The notes beneath the pieces were generated by a model that worked only from the letters and a program-made list of their open reading frames with translations, ran no database searches and was not told the DNA's origin. From an uncultured Prevotellaceae bacterium (lineage in GTDB: Bacteria > Bacteroidota > Bacteroidia > Bacteroidales > Muribaculaceae), in the NCBI GenBank assembly GCA_900317325.1, contig ONGE01000001.1:161891-225890 (forward strand): a DNA stretch of 64,000 bases, written 5' to 3'. Shown here in pieces: positions 1-9,014 of the stretch; the stretch's first letter is position 1; every line of letters starts with the position of its first letter. The translations under genes and the position numbers were made by a program.

Positions 1-705
1 GGTAATGGCAACAATGGCAACCATGGTGGCAACGGTCACAATGGAAACCACAGCGGCAATGGCAATCACGGCGGCAACGGTCACAGTGGTAATCACAGTG
101 GCAATGGTCACGGCCACAACGGCAACCATGGCTACAATCCCAACAACCGCTTTGACTACAGCAGCCACCACTACCGCGACGAGTTCTCCTGGAACTACAT
201 GCACCACAACTGGAGCCGTCCTCTGCCTCCTCCCGTGCGTGTACACCGCCCCGCTCCTTGGACATGGTACCGTCCCATCATTCCCGCTGGATGGCACCCC
301 TACGCCGGAGCTCCCGTTATCGACCGCGTCCTGGGTCTGGTATTCGGCACCCTCTATGAGGCTTCGCTCGACCACCTGTACTACAGCGGTTACTACATCG
401 ACGGCTATGCCGACGGCATCATCTACCTGAGAGATGTGCCCATGCTCAACCTCTACTGGGCCGACGTGATGCTCAACTATGACTACAACCGACTGGTAAA
501 CGCTCAGTTTGTATATCACAGCAGCTACTACAACATGTCGCGCTACAACAGAGTCTACAACAGCCTGACTCGCATCTATGGCCCTCCCGTTTATCGCGAC
601 GGCATGACGATCAGCTGGTACGGCGGCGACAGCAACGGATATGTGACACTGTCGATGTTCAACAACGCCGGGGACTACTACACGACTCTGTCGATCGGTT
701 ACTAA
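1..705 (+). CDS. Hypothetical protein, 5'-truncated by the window edge; Gly/Asn/His-rich low-complexity region followed by a Pro-rich linker and a Tyr-rich globular C-terminal domain
   Basis: Frame 1 is open from base 1 (GNGNNGNHGGNGHNGNHSG...) and continues in frame into the 199..705 ORF; stop at 703-705, followed by a terminator hairpin. Confidence 0.8.
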   Translation, partial: GNGNNGNHGGNGHNGNHSGNGNHGGNGHSGNHSGNGHGHNGNHGYNPNNRFDYSSHHYRDEFSWNYMHHNWSRPLPPPVRVHRPAPWTWYRPIIPAGWHPYAGAPVIDRVLGLVFGTLYEASLDHLYYSGYYIDGYADGIIYLRDVPMLNLYWADVMLNYDYNRLVNAQFVYHSSYYNMSRYNRVYNSLTRIYGPPVYRDGMTISWYGGDSNGYVTLSMFNNAGDYYTTLSIGY

Positions 706-747
706 ACAAAAACTACTCAATACATACGCACGATAATCTATCAATTC

Positions 748-780
748 GAGAGGCGGACAGCAACAGGTTGTCCGCCTCTC
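748..780 (+). terminator. Intrinsic terminator-like hairpin
   Basis: Perfect 12-bp inverted repeat GAGAGGCGGACA / TGTCCGCCTCTC, 43 bp after the stop codon. Confidence 0.7.
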
Positions 781-900
781 GTTTGCATCATCAACGTTGG
801 TAAAAATGTCCAAAAAATTGGTCAATAAACCCTATTAAAATCAATAAGAGCCAAATTTAACAATTTTTCAATAGGATTTTACAAATATTAGATACATTTC

Positions 901-933
901 CTTGAAAGAATATTGAAAATTACATTATCTTTG
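901..933 (+). promoter_or_regulatory. Bacteroidetes housekeeping-sigma promoter for the putative sRNA
   Basis: TATCTTTG (TAnnTTTG) at 926-933; near-consensus CTTG at 901-904, 21 bp upstream. Confidence 0.55.
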
Positions 934-938
934 TGCCA

Positions 939-1008
939 AGTTTTTTCATAGGATTAGATTTTTAAGGTTTAAAGTGTACGCGTGTTGGGAAACAGGCGTA
1001 CATTTTTT
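939..1008 (+). ncRNA. Putative standalone small RNA of about 70 nt
   Basis: Promoter immediately upstream, no ORF, 5' segment TTTTTTCATAGGATTAGATTTTTAAGGTTT, then hairpin TGTACGC-GTGTTGGGAAACAG-GCGTACA and a T-run; the downstream TPR gene has its own promoter. Confidence 0.5.
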
Positions 1009-1078
1009 ATCTCCTATTCTTTTTCATCAGGCAACATGCTCGACAAGGGATTGACAACAACTTGACAGTCACGAAATG

Positions 1079-1109
1079 TTTGTTGAATGGAAAAAGAATT
1101 GTATTTTTG
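1079..1109 (+). promoter_or_regulatory. Bacteroidetes -33/-7 promoter of the TPR gene
   Basis: TTTG 1079-1082, 19-bp spacer, TATTTTTG 1102-1109. Confidence 0.6.
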
Positions 1110-1141
1110 CAGTGTAGAACCCATTAACACCCGTTCGACCG

Positions 1142-3703
1142 ATGAAACAGAAACTGATACTCTTGACGATCTGCCTGTGGGCCACCCTCTGCGCCATCGC
1201 GCAGACTCAGTCACCGACTCAACAGGGATACGTAAGAACGGCCGAACGTCCCAAGCGCCCCAGTCAAGGCATCAAGGATGCCGTCATCACCATCAAAGGC
1301 AGGGGTGACGTCAAGAGCAAGAAGGACGGCTCTTTCTCATTTCCCTTTAATAATAAGAACAAACAAGAAGGTTTTAAGGTCTTACGGATTCAGAAAAAAG
1401 GCTATACGCTTGTCGATAAGCAGCTGATAGGACGCAAATATGCCTATTCAACATCGGTACCCATTGTAATTGTGATGCAGTCCGAGAAACAGGTCGCACA
1501 AGACAAGAAAGAGATTGAGGATAAAGGATTCGCCAAGGCCACAAAGAAATACGAAGCACGCATCGCCGAACTCGAACGTCAATATCAAGAGAAAATCATC
1601 AGCGAGCGCGAAAAAGAAGAACTCAGCGAGCAAGCAAGCTACGACTTTGAACAATTCATCCAGATGCTCAGCAAGATGGCCGAACGCTACGCGCTCACCG
1701 ATTACCAGGGGCTAAGCGACATCAATCGCGAAATCCAGCAGTGCATCGAGGAAGCCGAATTGGAACGGGCCGATTCTCTCATCAACAGCAAGGGCGACTT
1801 TGACAAGAGAGAGCAGGAAATCTTGATTCAGCGGAATGCCAAACAGAAATCCGAGGAAGTCACCAAGCAAATTGATGAAGAACTCAACATCAAAATCGGG
1901 GATCTAGCCAACGACTATTACAAAAAATGCACTATCCTCGCGGCCAACTACCTTAACGACTCGGCCGCTTATTTCCTGAAACGCCGTGCAGCCCTTGACA
2001 CCACTAACATTCAATGGCAGAATGATGTGGGAATGTTTTTAGCCGACTATCGTAACGATTTCCTCCAAGCACTGGATTATTACGAGCGGGGCCTGAGGCA
2101 ATCGTCGGCACAATTCGGCGAGCAAAGCGAGTGGACGGCCGATTCATACATCAACATCGGCTATGTTCATTACAAATTAGGGGACTATGAGAAAGCGCAG
2201 CCGCTCTATCAAAAAGCGCTCGACATCTTTGAAAACGTGCCGGGAATAGACAGCATCAACGTTGCAACTGCATTCAATAACATCGGTCTGATTTATTTTG
2301 AATTGGGAGATTACGACAAAGCGCTCGAGCTCCATCAAAAAGCGCTCGACATCTTTGAGAACACGCCCGAGGCCGACAGCCTTGACATCGCCACGTCATA
2401 CAACAACATCGGCAATGTATACCTTAAATTAGACAATTACTCCAATGCGCTGGGGCTCTATCAAAAAGTGCTTGAGATCCAAGAAAAAGTGCTGGGGACC
2501 GATAACCTTAATGTGGCTGCGACCAACAACAACATCGGCCTGGTATACTATGAATCCGGAGATTACAACAAGGCGCTGGCTTATCATCAAAAAGCATTGG
2601 AAATCCGACTGAAAGTGTTAGGAAGCCAAAACCTTGATGTGGCCAGTTCATACCACAACCTGGGCAATGTCTATAATGAATTAAGAAACTACGACAATGC
2701 CATGGCGTTCCACCAGAGAGCGTTTAATATTCGCGAAAATGTGTTAGGCCTCAACAACCTTGAGATTGCATCGTCCTACAGCGGCATTGGCAATGTCTAC
2801 AACAGCTTGGGGAACTACGACAAAGCCCTGGAGCACCACAAGAATGCACTCGGCATCCGTGAGAAAGTCTTGGGAAGCGAGAGCCTTGACCTGGCCGCCT
2901 CTTATTACAACATCGGTGCTGTTTACCTAAACTTGGAAGATTACGGCAAATCATTGGAGTACCTTCAAAAAGCGCTGGAAATCCGTGAGAAAAAACTCAA
3001 GCCAGAGAGTATGGCCATCACCTTCTCTTACGTTAGCATCGGTATGGTCTACAAAAACTTAGGCGACTATGAGAAGGCGCTGGAATATTTCAGGAAAGCG
3101 CTCGACATCCGTGAGAAAGCATCAGGAACCGAGAACAAGAATGTAGCCGTTTTATATGGCAGAATCGCTGATACTTACCGCGATTCACAGGAATACGACA
3201 AAGCGCTGGAGAATTACCTGAAAGAAATTGAAATCCGGGAGAAATTAACGGAAACCAACGATGATTACATGGCTTCTACTCACTGCAATATCGGCATGGT
3301 TTACTATAAACTGGAGAACTATGACTCCGCAATGGAACACTTCAAGAAAGCGCTGGAGATTGTAAAGAAAACGAGCGACGAAGACAACCTTGATGTGGCC
3401 TCGCTATACAATAACATGGGCTCGATCTACCTTGCTAAAGATGATTATGAGAATGCACTGACTGCCTATCAGAAAACGCTCGAAATCCGTGAGAAAGTAT
3501 TCGGAACTCAGAACCGTGATGTTGCCTACACATACTATGTCATCGGCGATCTTTACTACGCTCTAGGGGAGAACAAGAAAGCATTAGAGTACATTTCCAA
3601 GGCCTACGATATCTATCTGGCATTAAAAGGAGCCGAGGACCCTGACACTCAAACAGTCGAGCAATTTCTCACCCACATCAAAGAGAGCCTGAACAAACAT
3701 TAA
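1142..3703 (+). CDS. Secreted tetratricopeptide-repeat protein (signal peptide, small beta domain, coiled coil, more than a dozen 42-aa TPR units)
   Basis: 853-aa ORF; N-terminal MKQKLILLTICLWATLCAIA signal; repeats of the form A.SY.NIG.VY..LG.Y.KALE...KAL.I.EK; 126-bp DNA periodicity. Confidence 0.9.
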   Translation: MKQKLILLTICLWATLCAIAQTQSPTQQGYVRTAERPKRPSQGIKDAVITIKGRGDVKSKKDGSFSFPFNNKNKQEGFKVLRIQKKGYTLVDKQLIGRKYAYSTSVPIVIVMQSEKQVAQDKKEIEDKGFAKATKKYEARIAELERQYQEKIISEREKEELSEQASYDFEQFIQMLSKMAERYALTDYQGLSDINREIQQCIEEAELERADSLINSKGDFDKREQEILIQRNAKQKSEEVTKQIDEELNIKIGDLANDYYKKCTILAANYLNDSAAYFLKRRAALDTTNIQWQNDVGMFLADYRNDFLQALDYYERGLRQSSAQFGEQSEWTADSYINIGYVHYKLGDYEKAQPLYQKALDIFENVPGIDSINVATAFNNIGLIYFELGDYDKALELHQKALDIFENTPEADSLDIATSYNNIGNVYLKLDNYSNALGLYQKVLEIQEKVLGTDNLNVAATNNNIGLVYYESGDYNKALAYHQKALEIRLKVLGSQNLDVASSYHNLGNVYNELRNYDNAMAFHQRAFNIRENVLGLNNLEIASSYSGIGNVYNSLGNYDKALEHHKNALGIREKVLGSESLDLAASYYNIGAVYLNLEDYGKSLEYLQKALEIREKKLKPESMAITFSYVSIGMVYKNLGDYEKALEYFRKALDIREKASGTENKNVAVLYGRIADTYRDSQEYDKALENYLKEIEIREKLTETNDDYMASTHCNIGMVYYKLENYDSAMEHFKKALEIVKKTSDEDNLDVASLYNNMGSIYLAKDDYENALTAYQKTLEIREKVFGTQNRDVAYTYYVIGDLYYALGENKKALEYISKAYDIYLALKGAEDPDTQTVEQFLTHIKESLNKH

Positions 3704-3752
3704 TGCTACAAACTCAAGGGGGGCGGCTATCGAGCAAGACAAGAAAAAACAC

Positions 3753-3760
3753 TACCTTTG
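3753..3760 (+). promoter_or_regulatory. -7 promoter box of rnz
   Basis: TACCTTTG directly upstream of the ATG at 3769. Confidence 0.5.
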
Positions 3761-3768
3761 CAGTGACT

Positions 3769-4695
3769 ATGACGCGATTGGAGTTGAACATATTGGGATG
3801 CGGGAGCGCGACGATGACGCCGCGGCACCAGCCGTCGTGCCAGGTGCTGAATGTGCGCGACAACCTGATGATGATCGACTGTGGCGAGGGCGCACAACTG
3901 GCGGTGCGGCGCATGGGACTGAAACTGATGCGGCTGAACCACATTTTCATCAGCCACCTGCACGGCGACCACTGCTTCGGCTTGCCGGGGCTGGTATCGA
4001 CCATGGCGCTGTTGAACCGCAGCAACTCGCTCACGATTCACACGTTCAAGGATGGTGCTGAGCTGTTCTCGGCAATGCTGGACTACTTTTGCCGCGAGCG
4101 CCCGTTTGAGGTGCGCTTCAACGTCATCGACACGCACAAGCGCATCATCTGGGAGGATGATGCCATCACTGTGACGACATTCCCGCTGGTTCACCGCATT
4201 CCCGCCGTGGGTTTCCTGTTCTGTGAGAAGCCCAAGCTGCGCCACATCATCGGCGAAGAGGTGAAACGCCTGGGTATTCCGCACTATGCCATGAACGCAT
4301 TGCGCCAGGGCGAGGACTGGGTCAGCCCCGACGGCCTTGTCGTTCCCAACGAACAGTTGACGACGCCCGCCGACCCGTCGATCAGCTATGCCTACTGCAG
4401 CGACACCAAATTCTCGCGACGCGTGATCAAGCATGTCACGGGTGCTGACTGGCTGTACCACGAGGCCACCTACGACGAGAGCCTGCGCCTCAAAGCGCAC
4501 AAACGCTACCACAGCACCGCCCTCGAGGCCGCGACCGTGGCCCGTGAAGCCGGAGTGAAGCAGCTCATCATCGGGCACTACTCCAAGCGCTATATCGACG
4601 AGACGCTCTTACTCGACGAAGCCCGCAGCGTCTTCCCCGCCACACGCCTGGCCAACGAGGGACTGGTCATCGACCTTAATCAATCAAGCCTTTAA
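3769..4695 (+). CDS. rnz: Ribonuclease Z / RNase BN
   Basis: ILGCGSA start, DCGEG, HLHGDH metal motif, YCSDT, HEATY, GHYS; start moved to MTRLELNILG. Confidence 0.93.
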   Translation: MTRLELNILGCGSATMTPRHQPSCQVLNVRDNLMMIDCGEGAQLAVRRMGLKLMRLNHIFISHLHGDHCFGLPGLVSTMALLNRSNSLTIHTFKDGAELFSAMLDYFCRERPFEVRFNVIDTHKRIIWEDDAITVTTFPLVHRIPAVGFLFCEKPKLRHIIGEEVKRLGIPHYAMNALRQGEDWVSPDGLVVPNEQLTTPADPSISYAYCSDTKFSRRVIKHVTGADWLYHEATYDESLRLKAHKRYHSTALEAATVAREAGVKQLIIGHYSKRYIDETLLLDEARSVFPATRLANEGLVIDLNQSSL

Positions 4696-5007
4696 AAATA
4701 TTTCTTGAGGGATTAAACTTTATACCAGGCAATAAGTCCAATGGGTGGTTTTTGCCCCGGGAAGGCCAACCCACACACGGTACAAAGGGGTGAAGTGTAA
4801 TTAATTACGTTTTTTAACAATCGTTTGAGGTAAAAAGTTCGTAATTTTGTTTAAAACGCATGAGATTTCATCGGAAAAAGTCTAAAAAAGCCCAACTGGG
4901 CGCAAATTAAGTAAAAATTTCTTTATTGTTTGAAGAATTTGTATTTCCTTTGCAGTCTCAAAATTGTGAACATACATTTTTTAAATAACAGTTTAACATT
5001 TACGACT

Positions 5008-5250
5008 ATGTCAGAAATTGAAGAAAGAGTAAAACAAATTATCGTTGACAAGTTAGGCGTCAGCGAGTCAGAGGTAACTCCCGAGGCTACCTTCAGCCAG
5101 GACCTTGGTGCAGATAGTCTTGATACCGTCGAGCTGATCATGGAATTTGAGAAGCAGTTCGACATCAAGATTCCCGATGACAAATCTGAGACCATCCAGA
5201 ACGTAGGCGACGCCATCAAGTTCATCGAAGAGGCAAAAGCCGCTGAATAA
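5008..5250 (+). CDS. acpP: Acyl carrier protein
   Basis: [18 protein letters not shown]...[14 protein letters not shown] with the phosphopantetheine DSL motif. Confidence 0.97.
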   Translation: MSEIEERVKQIIVDKLGVSESEVTPEATFSQDLGADSLDTVELIMEFEKQFDIKIPDDKSETIQNVGDAIKFIEEAKAAE

Positions 5251-5262
5251 AAAGAAACTTTC

Positions 5263-5321
5263 AGGTGGATACCATGAATGAGCTCCGGCATCGGGGTATG
5301 TCTCATGGCATCCACCTTTTT
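5263..5321 (+). terminator. Long hairpin plus U-tract between acpP and fabF (partial terminator or processing site)
   Basis: AGGTGGATACCATGA pairs with TCATGGCATCCACCT (14 of 15 bp), followed by a T-run. Confidence 0.6.
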
Positions 5322-5338
5322 AAACTTCCTATTACCAC

Positions 5339-6622
5339 ATGGAATTAAAGCGAGTTGTGGTAACAGGTCTGGGTGCCATCACTCCCATCGGTATGGACGT
5401 TGAGACCACTTGGAACAACGCCCTGAAGGGAATGAGCGGAGCTGGACCCATTACCCATTTTGACACGACACTGTTCAAGACCAAGTTTGCCTGTGAGCTC
5501 AAAGGTTTTGACCCACTGAACTACGTGACCGACCCCAACGACCGTCGCGAGGTGAAGGACTTCAAGCGCAATGACCTGTACACACAGTATGCGCTGGCCT
5601 GCGCCAAGCAAGCCGTTGAGGACGCCAACCTGCTTGCCGACGGCATCGACCGCGACGAGGTGGGCGTGATCTTCTCGTCTGGTATCGGTGGTCTGCACAC
5701 CTTTGAAGAGCAGTCCGGTGATTACGCCAGGCATCCCGAACGCGGCCCGATGTACAGCCCGTTCTTCATCCCGACGATGATTGCCGACATTGCTGCGGGT
5801 CAGATTTCGATTAAATACGGCTTCCGCGGTCCCAACTTCGGTATTGTATCAGCTTGTGCCACCTCGACCAACGCCCTTATCGACGCTTTCAACTATGTGC
5901 GTCTTGGCAAGGCTAAGGCCATCGTTACCGGCGGTAGCGAGGCTCCGTTGTTCCCTGCCGGAGTCGGCGGTTTCAACGCAATGAAGGCCATCTCGTTGCG
6001 CAACGATGACCCCGAAGGTGCTTCCCGCCCCTTCAGCGGTTCGCGCGACGGTTTCGTCATGGGCGAGGGTGGTGTGTGCCTCGTGTTTGAAGAACTCGAA
6101 CACGCACTGGCACGTGGTGCCAAGATTTACGGTGAGGTCATCGGTGGCGGCATGAGCGCCGACGCCTATCACATCACCGCCAGCCACCCCGAGGGTTTGG
6201 GCGCTAAGCTCGTGATGCAGCGTGCTATCGAGGACGCAGGCATCAAGCCCGAAGATATTGACTATGTCAACGCTCACGGTACCTCGACGCCCGTTGGCGA
6301 CCTGAGCGAGGCCCAAGCCGTGAAGGACGTGTTCGGTGAGCACGCCTATAAACTCAACGTGAGCAGCACCAAGTCGATGACTGGCCACATGCTGGGCGCC
6401 ACTGGTGCTATGGAGGCTGTCTTCTGCCTGCTGGCTTGCCGTGACGACATCGTTCCACCGACGATCAACCATGCCGACGGTGACGACGACGAGCGCATCG
6501 ACTACAAGATGAACTTCACCTTCAACAAGGCCCAGAAGCGAACAGTAAACATTGCCCTTTCCAACACGTTTGGTTTCGGCGGACACAATGCAAGCATCAT
6601 CGTCAAGAAGTACCAGAAATAA
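5339..6622 (+). CDS. fabF: 3-oxoacyl-ACP synthase II
   Basis: KRVVVTGLGAITP, SACAT catalytic Cys, NAHGTST, KSMTGH, SNTFGFGGHN. Confidence 0.97.
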   Translation: MELKRVVVTGLGAITPIGMDVETTWNNALKGMSGAGPITHFDTTLFKTKFACELKGFDPLNYVTDPNDRREVKDFKRNDLYTQYALACAKQAVEDANLLADGIDRDEVGVIFSSGIGGLHTFEEQSGDYARHPERGPMYSPFFIPTMIADIAAGQISIKYGFRGPNFGIVSACATSTNALIDAFNYVRLGKAKAIVTGGSEAPLFPAGVGGFNAMKAISLRNDDPEGASRPFSGSRDGFVMGEGGVCLVFEELEHALARGAKIYGEVIGGGMSADAYHITASHPEGLGAKLVMQRAIEDAGIKPEDIDYVNAHGTSTPVGDLSEAQAVKDVFGEHAYKLNVSSTKSMTGHMLGATGAMEAVFCLLACRDDIVPPTINHADGDDDERIDYKMNFTFNKAQKRTVNIALSNTFGFGGHNASIIVKKYQK

Positions 6623-6637
6623 TCCACTGGGCAAACG

Positions 6638-7414
6638 ATGCCGCTGAGCAACGCCATATCACTCATAAAGCTCCTTTTCGTCAAGGATAAGGAGCTTTAT
6701 GTTTTTATTCACCGCATCACCGGTTACTACCCGCGCGACATCAAGTTGTATGAGCTGGCGATGATTCATCGCTCCAAGCCGCTGAAGATGCCCGACGGAC
6801 GCTGGGCCAACAACGAGCGCCTGGAATTCCTGGGTGATGCCGTGCTCGACACCGTGGTGGCCGAGTTCCTCTACTCGACCTACGTTAACAAGCATGAGGG
6901 CTTCCTGACCTCGACACGCGCCAAAATCGTCCAGCGCGAGAGTCTGAACCGCATCGGCAACAGCTTGCATCTCGACCGCCATGTCCATGCCTTGACACAC
7001 TCATCCTCCCACAACAGCTACATCTGCGGCAACGCCCTCGAGGCCCTCGTGGGCGCCGTTTACCTTGACCAGGGTTACACGCGCTGCCGCAAGTTCATCA
7101 TCAACAGGCTGGTGAAAAAGCACTTCAACCTTAACGACCTGGTCAAGACCGAACAAAACTTCAAGTCACGACTCATCGAGTGGACCCAAAAGTACAGGGT
7201 CACCATCGAGTTTGAGCTCGTTGACAGCTACACCGATTCCAACAAGAACCCCGTATTCCGCACTGCCGTCATCCTGGGAGGCATCTATGCCAGCGATGCT
7301 GACGGCTACAGCAAGAAGGAGTCCCACCAGGCAGCGTCCAAGAAAGCACTGGACCGCCTCAAGCACGATCAGCAATTCTGTGAGCAGGTGCTGGCCACTG
7401 CCGCCAGCGAGTGA
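6638..7414 (+). CDS. rnc: Ribonuclease III
   Basis: NERLEFLGDAVL signature, NALEALVGAVYLD, C-terminal dsRBD; typical acpP-fabF-rnc order. Confidence 0.96.
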   Translation: MPLSNAISLIKLLFVKDKELYVFIHRITGYYPRDIKLYELAMIHRSKPLKMPDGRWANNERLEFLGDAVLDTVVAEFLYSTYVNKHEGFLTSTRAKIVQRESLNRIGNSLHLDRHVHALTHSSSHNSYICGNALEALVGAVYLDQGYTRCRKFIINRLVKKHFNLNDLVKTEQNFKSRLIEWTQKYRVTIEFELVDSYTDSNKNPVFRTAVILGGIYASDADGYSKKESHQAASKKALDRLKHDQQFCEQVLATAASE

Positions 7415-7617
7415 TCGCGGCGGCTGAATCGCGGCGTTGACAATGCCACACCAGGCAAGTTTCATCGCCAGTTTTCATCCGTTTCAACGGCCAATCACAC
7501 CCGCTAATAAACGTGAAAAAGTGAAAAATTTGGTTTCATTCTGGGGGCGTTTCGGTAATCTTTAGTAAATTCGCAAATCTTTGCGGTTCCTTGAACCGCC
7601 ATTAACTACAGAAATAC

Positions 7618-8271
7618 ATGAGACCGATTACCAACATATTGCTTGTACTGGCGCTCATTTGCTACGTGTTCCTGCCCTTCTACAACATCTCGTTGATGGG
7701 CACGGTCACTGGCTTGGGCTTCACTGCCGGCACTATTTCACAATTCCAATCCATCGTCAAGATAGCGATTGCACTGATACCGTTCGTGGCCTGCTTTGGC
7801 GCTATCACGCTGAACTGCCTGAGACGCCGCTGGTGGGTGCTTGGCGCCATCGCCTGCATCCTGCTGTGGCTGTGGTTCTGCAACTACACGGGCAACTACC
7901 ACGACATCGGCCTGCAGCACGCGCCCGAAGTCACCCCCGACAATGACCTGGGCGAGGGTTTTTCCATCATCGGAATGGGCATCGGTTACAAACTGTCTTA
8001 TATCCTGATCGTGTTGTCGCTCATCTCGGCATTTGTCTCGATGCTGCCGTTCAAGTTCAACGAGACCATCGAGAAAGCCGTTGATGACACCTTCGAGGGT
8101 GGTCGTCGCCATGTGCGCGAGGAATTCAAGCGCTTGGAAAACGCTCACAAGGGGCACAAGGGCCACAAGGGGCACACGTCCCCCACTCCGGCCCCGCCGA
8201 TTGATGACACCCCCGAAGAGCCCGTCGAGGAGGACAAGGAAGACCCGTCACGTTTCATGCCGCAGAGTTAG
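7618..8271 (+). CDS. Hypothetical integral membrane protein (about 4 TM) with a charged, Pro-rich C-terminal tail
   Basis: 217-aa ORF with hydrophobic segments; HKG x3 from a 9-bp repeat at 8146-8175. Confidence 0.75.
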   Translation: MRPITNILLVLALICYVFLPFYNISLMGTVTGLGFTAGTISQFQSIVKIAIALIPFVACFGAITLNCLRRRWWVLGAIACILLWLWFCNYTGNYHDIGLQHAPEVTPDNDLGEGFSIIGMGIGYKLSYILIVLSLISAFVSMLPFKFNETIEKAVDDTFEGGRRHVREEFKRLENAHKGHKGHKGHTSPTPAPPIDDTPEEPVEEDKEDPSRFMPQS

Positions 8272-8300
8272 CGGTCTTCCACACCAAGGTCACATCAAGC

Positions 8301-8333
8301 AAAACAGCCAACCCTCATGGGCTGGCCGTTTTT
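8301..8333. terminator. Bidirectional terminator-like hairpin between convergent genes
   Basis: AAAACAGCCAACCC-TCAT-GGGCTGGCCGTTTTT imperfect stem with A/T flanks. Confidence 0.5.
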
Positions 8334-8356
8334 ATATCTGTCATTGATACCTGGGA

Positions 8357-8887
8357 TCATTCGGTTGCGGGACGGTACATATCGATGCGGCGGAACGTGA
8401 GCGGCGAGGTCACTCGCAATGTGTGACGATTGGCGCCATAGAACAAGACGCGTCCTGCCAGCACGTCGTAGTTGGCCAGCACTCCATGCACCTGCTTATA
8501 CACCATGTCGCCCATGTAGATATAAGCATGATTAAGCTCCACACTGTGCAGCAATGCCCACTTGCCCGAGAACGATCCCTGCCACAGCAACTGCCACTCA
8601 TCGTGTTGGGTCGTGCCGTCTGACGACACATCGGTACGTATCAACTCGTTATAATAGCCCGTGAAAGTGCTGTCCTTCACGTTGAAATTATAGGTCAACT
8701 CGATGAAGTGGATACTGTCGTCGTATTGATATATCCATTCACCGTCCATATACTTGCGATACCGGTCGTTCAGCTCAACGGTCTCGAGCGTGGTCCAGTC
8801 GGTCTCGATGACCTCGTGGTCGCCCTCGCAAGCCACCAGCCCCAGTATTGCGGCGAGCACAAATATGAATTTGTAGTAACGATTCAT
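8357..8887 (-). CDS. Hypothetical lipoprotein
   Basis: Start at MNRYYKFIFVLAAILGLVAC (lipobox LVAC); beta-rich body. Confidence 0.75.
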   Translation of the reverse strand: MNRYYKFIFVLAAILGLVACEGDHEVIETDWTTLETVELNDRYRKYMDGEWIYQYDDSIHFIELTYNFNVKDSTFTGYYNELIRTDVSSDGTTQHDEWQLLWQGSFSGKWALLHSVELNHAYIYMGDMVYKQVHGVLANYDVLAGRVLFYGANRHTLRVTSPLTFRRIDMYRPATE

Positions 8888-9014
8888 GATGATCACCTTT
8901 TTTAATAAAACGTGAACATACTTGCAATTATTGCACACAAGCCTATCAAAAACGGCCCGGGCATAATGCTTTACGCCCAAGCCATTCCTATCACTAATCA
9001 CTCGTTTCTCATTA

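Noticed and set aside
5-430. 141-aa Thr/Ala/Met-rich ORF
   Set aside because: It is an off-frame reading of the Gly/Asn/His repeat; frame 1 joins the downstream globular domain
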